A DNA stretch of 64,000 nucleotides, taken from Octopus vulgaris (lineage: Eukaryota). Shown one piece after another: positions 63,066-64,000 of the stretch. The stretch spans positions 94,798,001 through 94,862,000 of the forward strand of contig OX597824.1 of the NCBI GenBank assembly GCA_951406725.2. The letters are read 5' to 3'. The first letter of the stretch is position 1. Each line of letters starts with the position of its first letter. Both the position numbers and the translations under genes were made by a program. A model generated the notes under the pieces. That model had not been told where the DNA came from. It worked only from the letters and a program-made list of their open reading frames with translations, and ran no database searches.

Positions 63066-63835
63066 GACTCTTATCATGTTAGTTTTTCTTTAAAAGAATT
63101 CATTTTTGTCAGTGCAACTAAGAATATTTCCTTTTTCCCTGCATAAAGTTCAGAGGTCTATGATTTTGAGATGAGGTCTTTTCTGCAGATAAAATGGTGT
63201 ATATAAAAAAAAAAAAAAAAATTTGCATTCTCAACATAGAAAGCCCACCGTCTATGCAGATACTGATATATATATTGTCCATGATTAATTATGGGAGTAG
63301 AAATAACTTAACATAAAAATATCTTTTCCTCTTGTTGCTTCTGATAATGACTTACAAAATAAAATTGCTCCCTGATGTCTTTATTACAAACAAAATCTTG
63401 TGAATGTTAGAAGCTGAGCTTTACATCGGTGGATTCATTCAACCGGGCAGCTTGTGTGCATGCACACACAACACATAGATTCTTTTATGCATTGGCTAAC
63501 AGTTATCCAGCATAGGAAGGCTAGTTCTTCTCGTATGCCTCGGCAAATGGAATATTCCCCATTTTGCAATATCCAGGGGAAATACTGACTTGGCTTTTTT
63601 CTTCATGAACCCTGTTATGAAAATGTCTTTTTTAGCTGACTTGGAACCAGTGTCTAGTTTGCTGGTTTCTCAGTACATATGATGTGGCTGCAGGTCTCTC
63701 AATGAAGTAAATCTGAAATCCAAATAGTTCTTATTTAATTGGTGCACTATTATTTTGGAACCAGCACCAGGAGCAACCAATTCTAGTATCAGTTACTATC
63801 ATCAAATTAGATATTTTTAACAATTTTTTTCATGG

Positions 63836-64000
63836 TTAACCCTTTTGTTACTAACTCTGGCTCTGTGGTAAAATGTCCTGCTTTCATAAGCGTTGAATTA
63901 AAAATCTTCCACCAAGCCTTAGTCACAATTTATGTTCCTAACACTAGCTTAATGATAACTAAGTTATTTTACTAAATTCTTTGTTATATTTAAAATTAAT
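63836..64000. mobile_element. piggyBac-type MITE (family D2), runs off the window
   Basis: Starts TTAACCCTTTTGTTAC. Reverse homologue of 5500-5678. Confidence 0.65.

Overview
AT-rich eukaryotic genomic DNA, probably an octopus or other coleoid cephalopod. That assignment is inferred from memory of the repeat families and not verified. Most of the window is intron of one + strand gene: a start-codon exon (CDS 17243-17372), a likely 57-nt cassette exon (48267-48323) and a 3096-nt exon (57318-60413). All junctions are phase 1 and join in frame. The product is a Ser/Pro/Gln-rich nuclear-type protein, tentatively QSER1/PRR12-like, and continues beyond the window. The introns hold tRNA-derived SINEs, (GAT)n-tailed retroposons, RTE/CR1/Tx1 LINE relics, piggyBac/hAT/mariner-type MITEs, a Helentron-like element and two Penelope-like fold-backs with decayed hammerhead motifs. 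Two observations stand out. First, the 57-nt exon is a paralogue of the last 57 nt of the start exon, with mostly synonymous differences. Second, about 135 nt of the giant exon has been copied into the next intron and amplified into a 17 x 58-bp minisatellite. Nearly all other ORFs in the track are repeat artefacts. Repeat boundaries are approximate unless a TSD or TIR is quoted.
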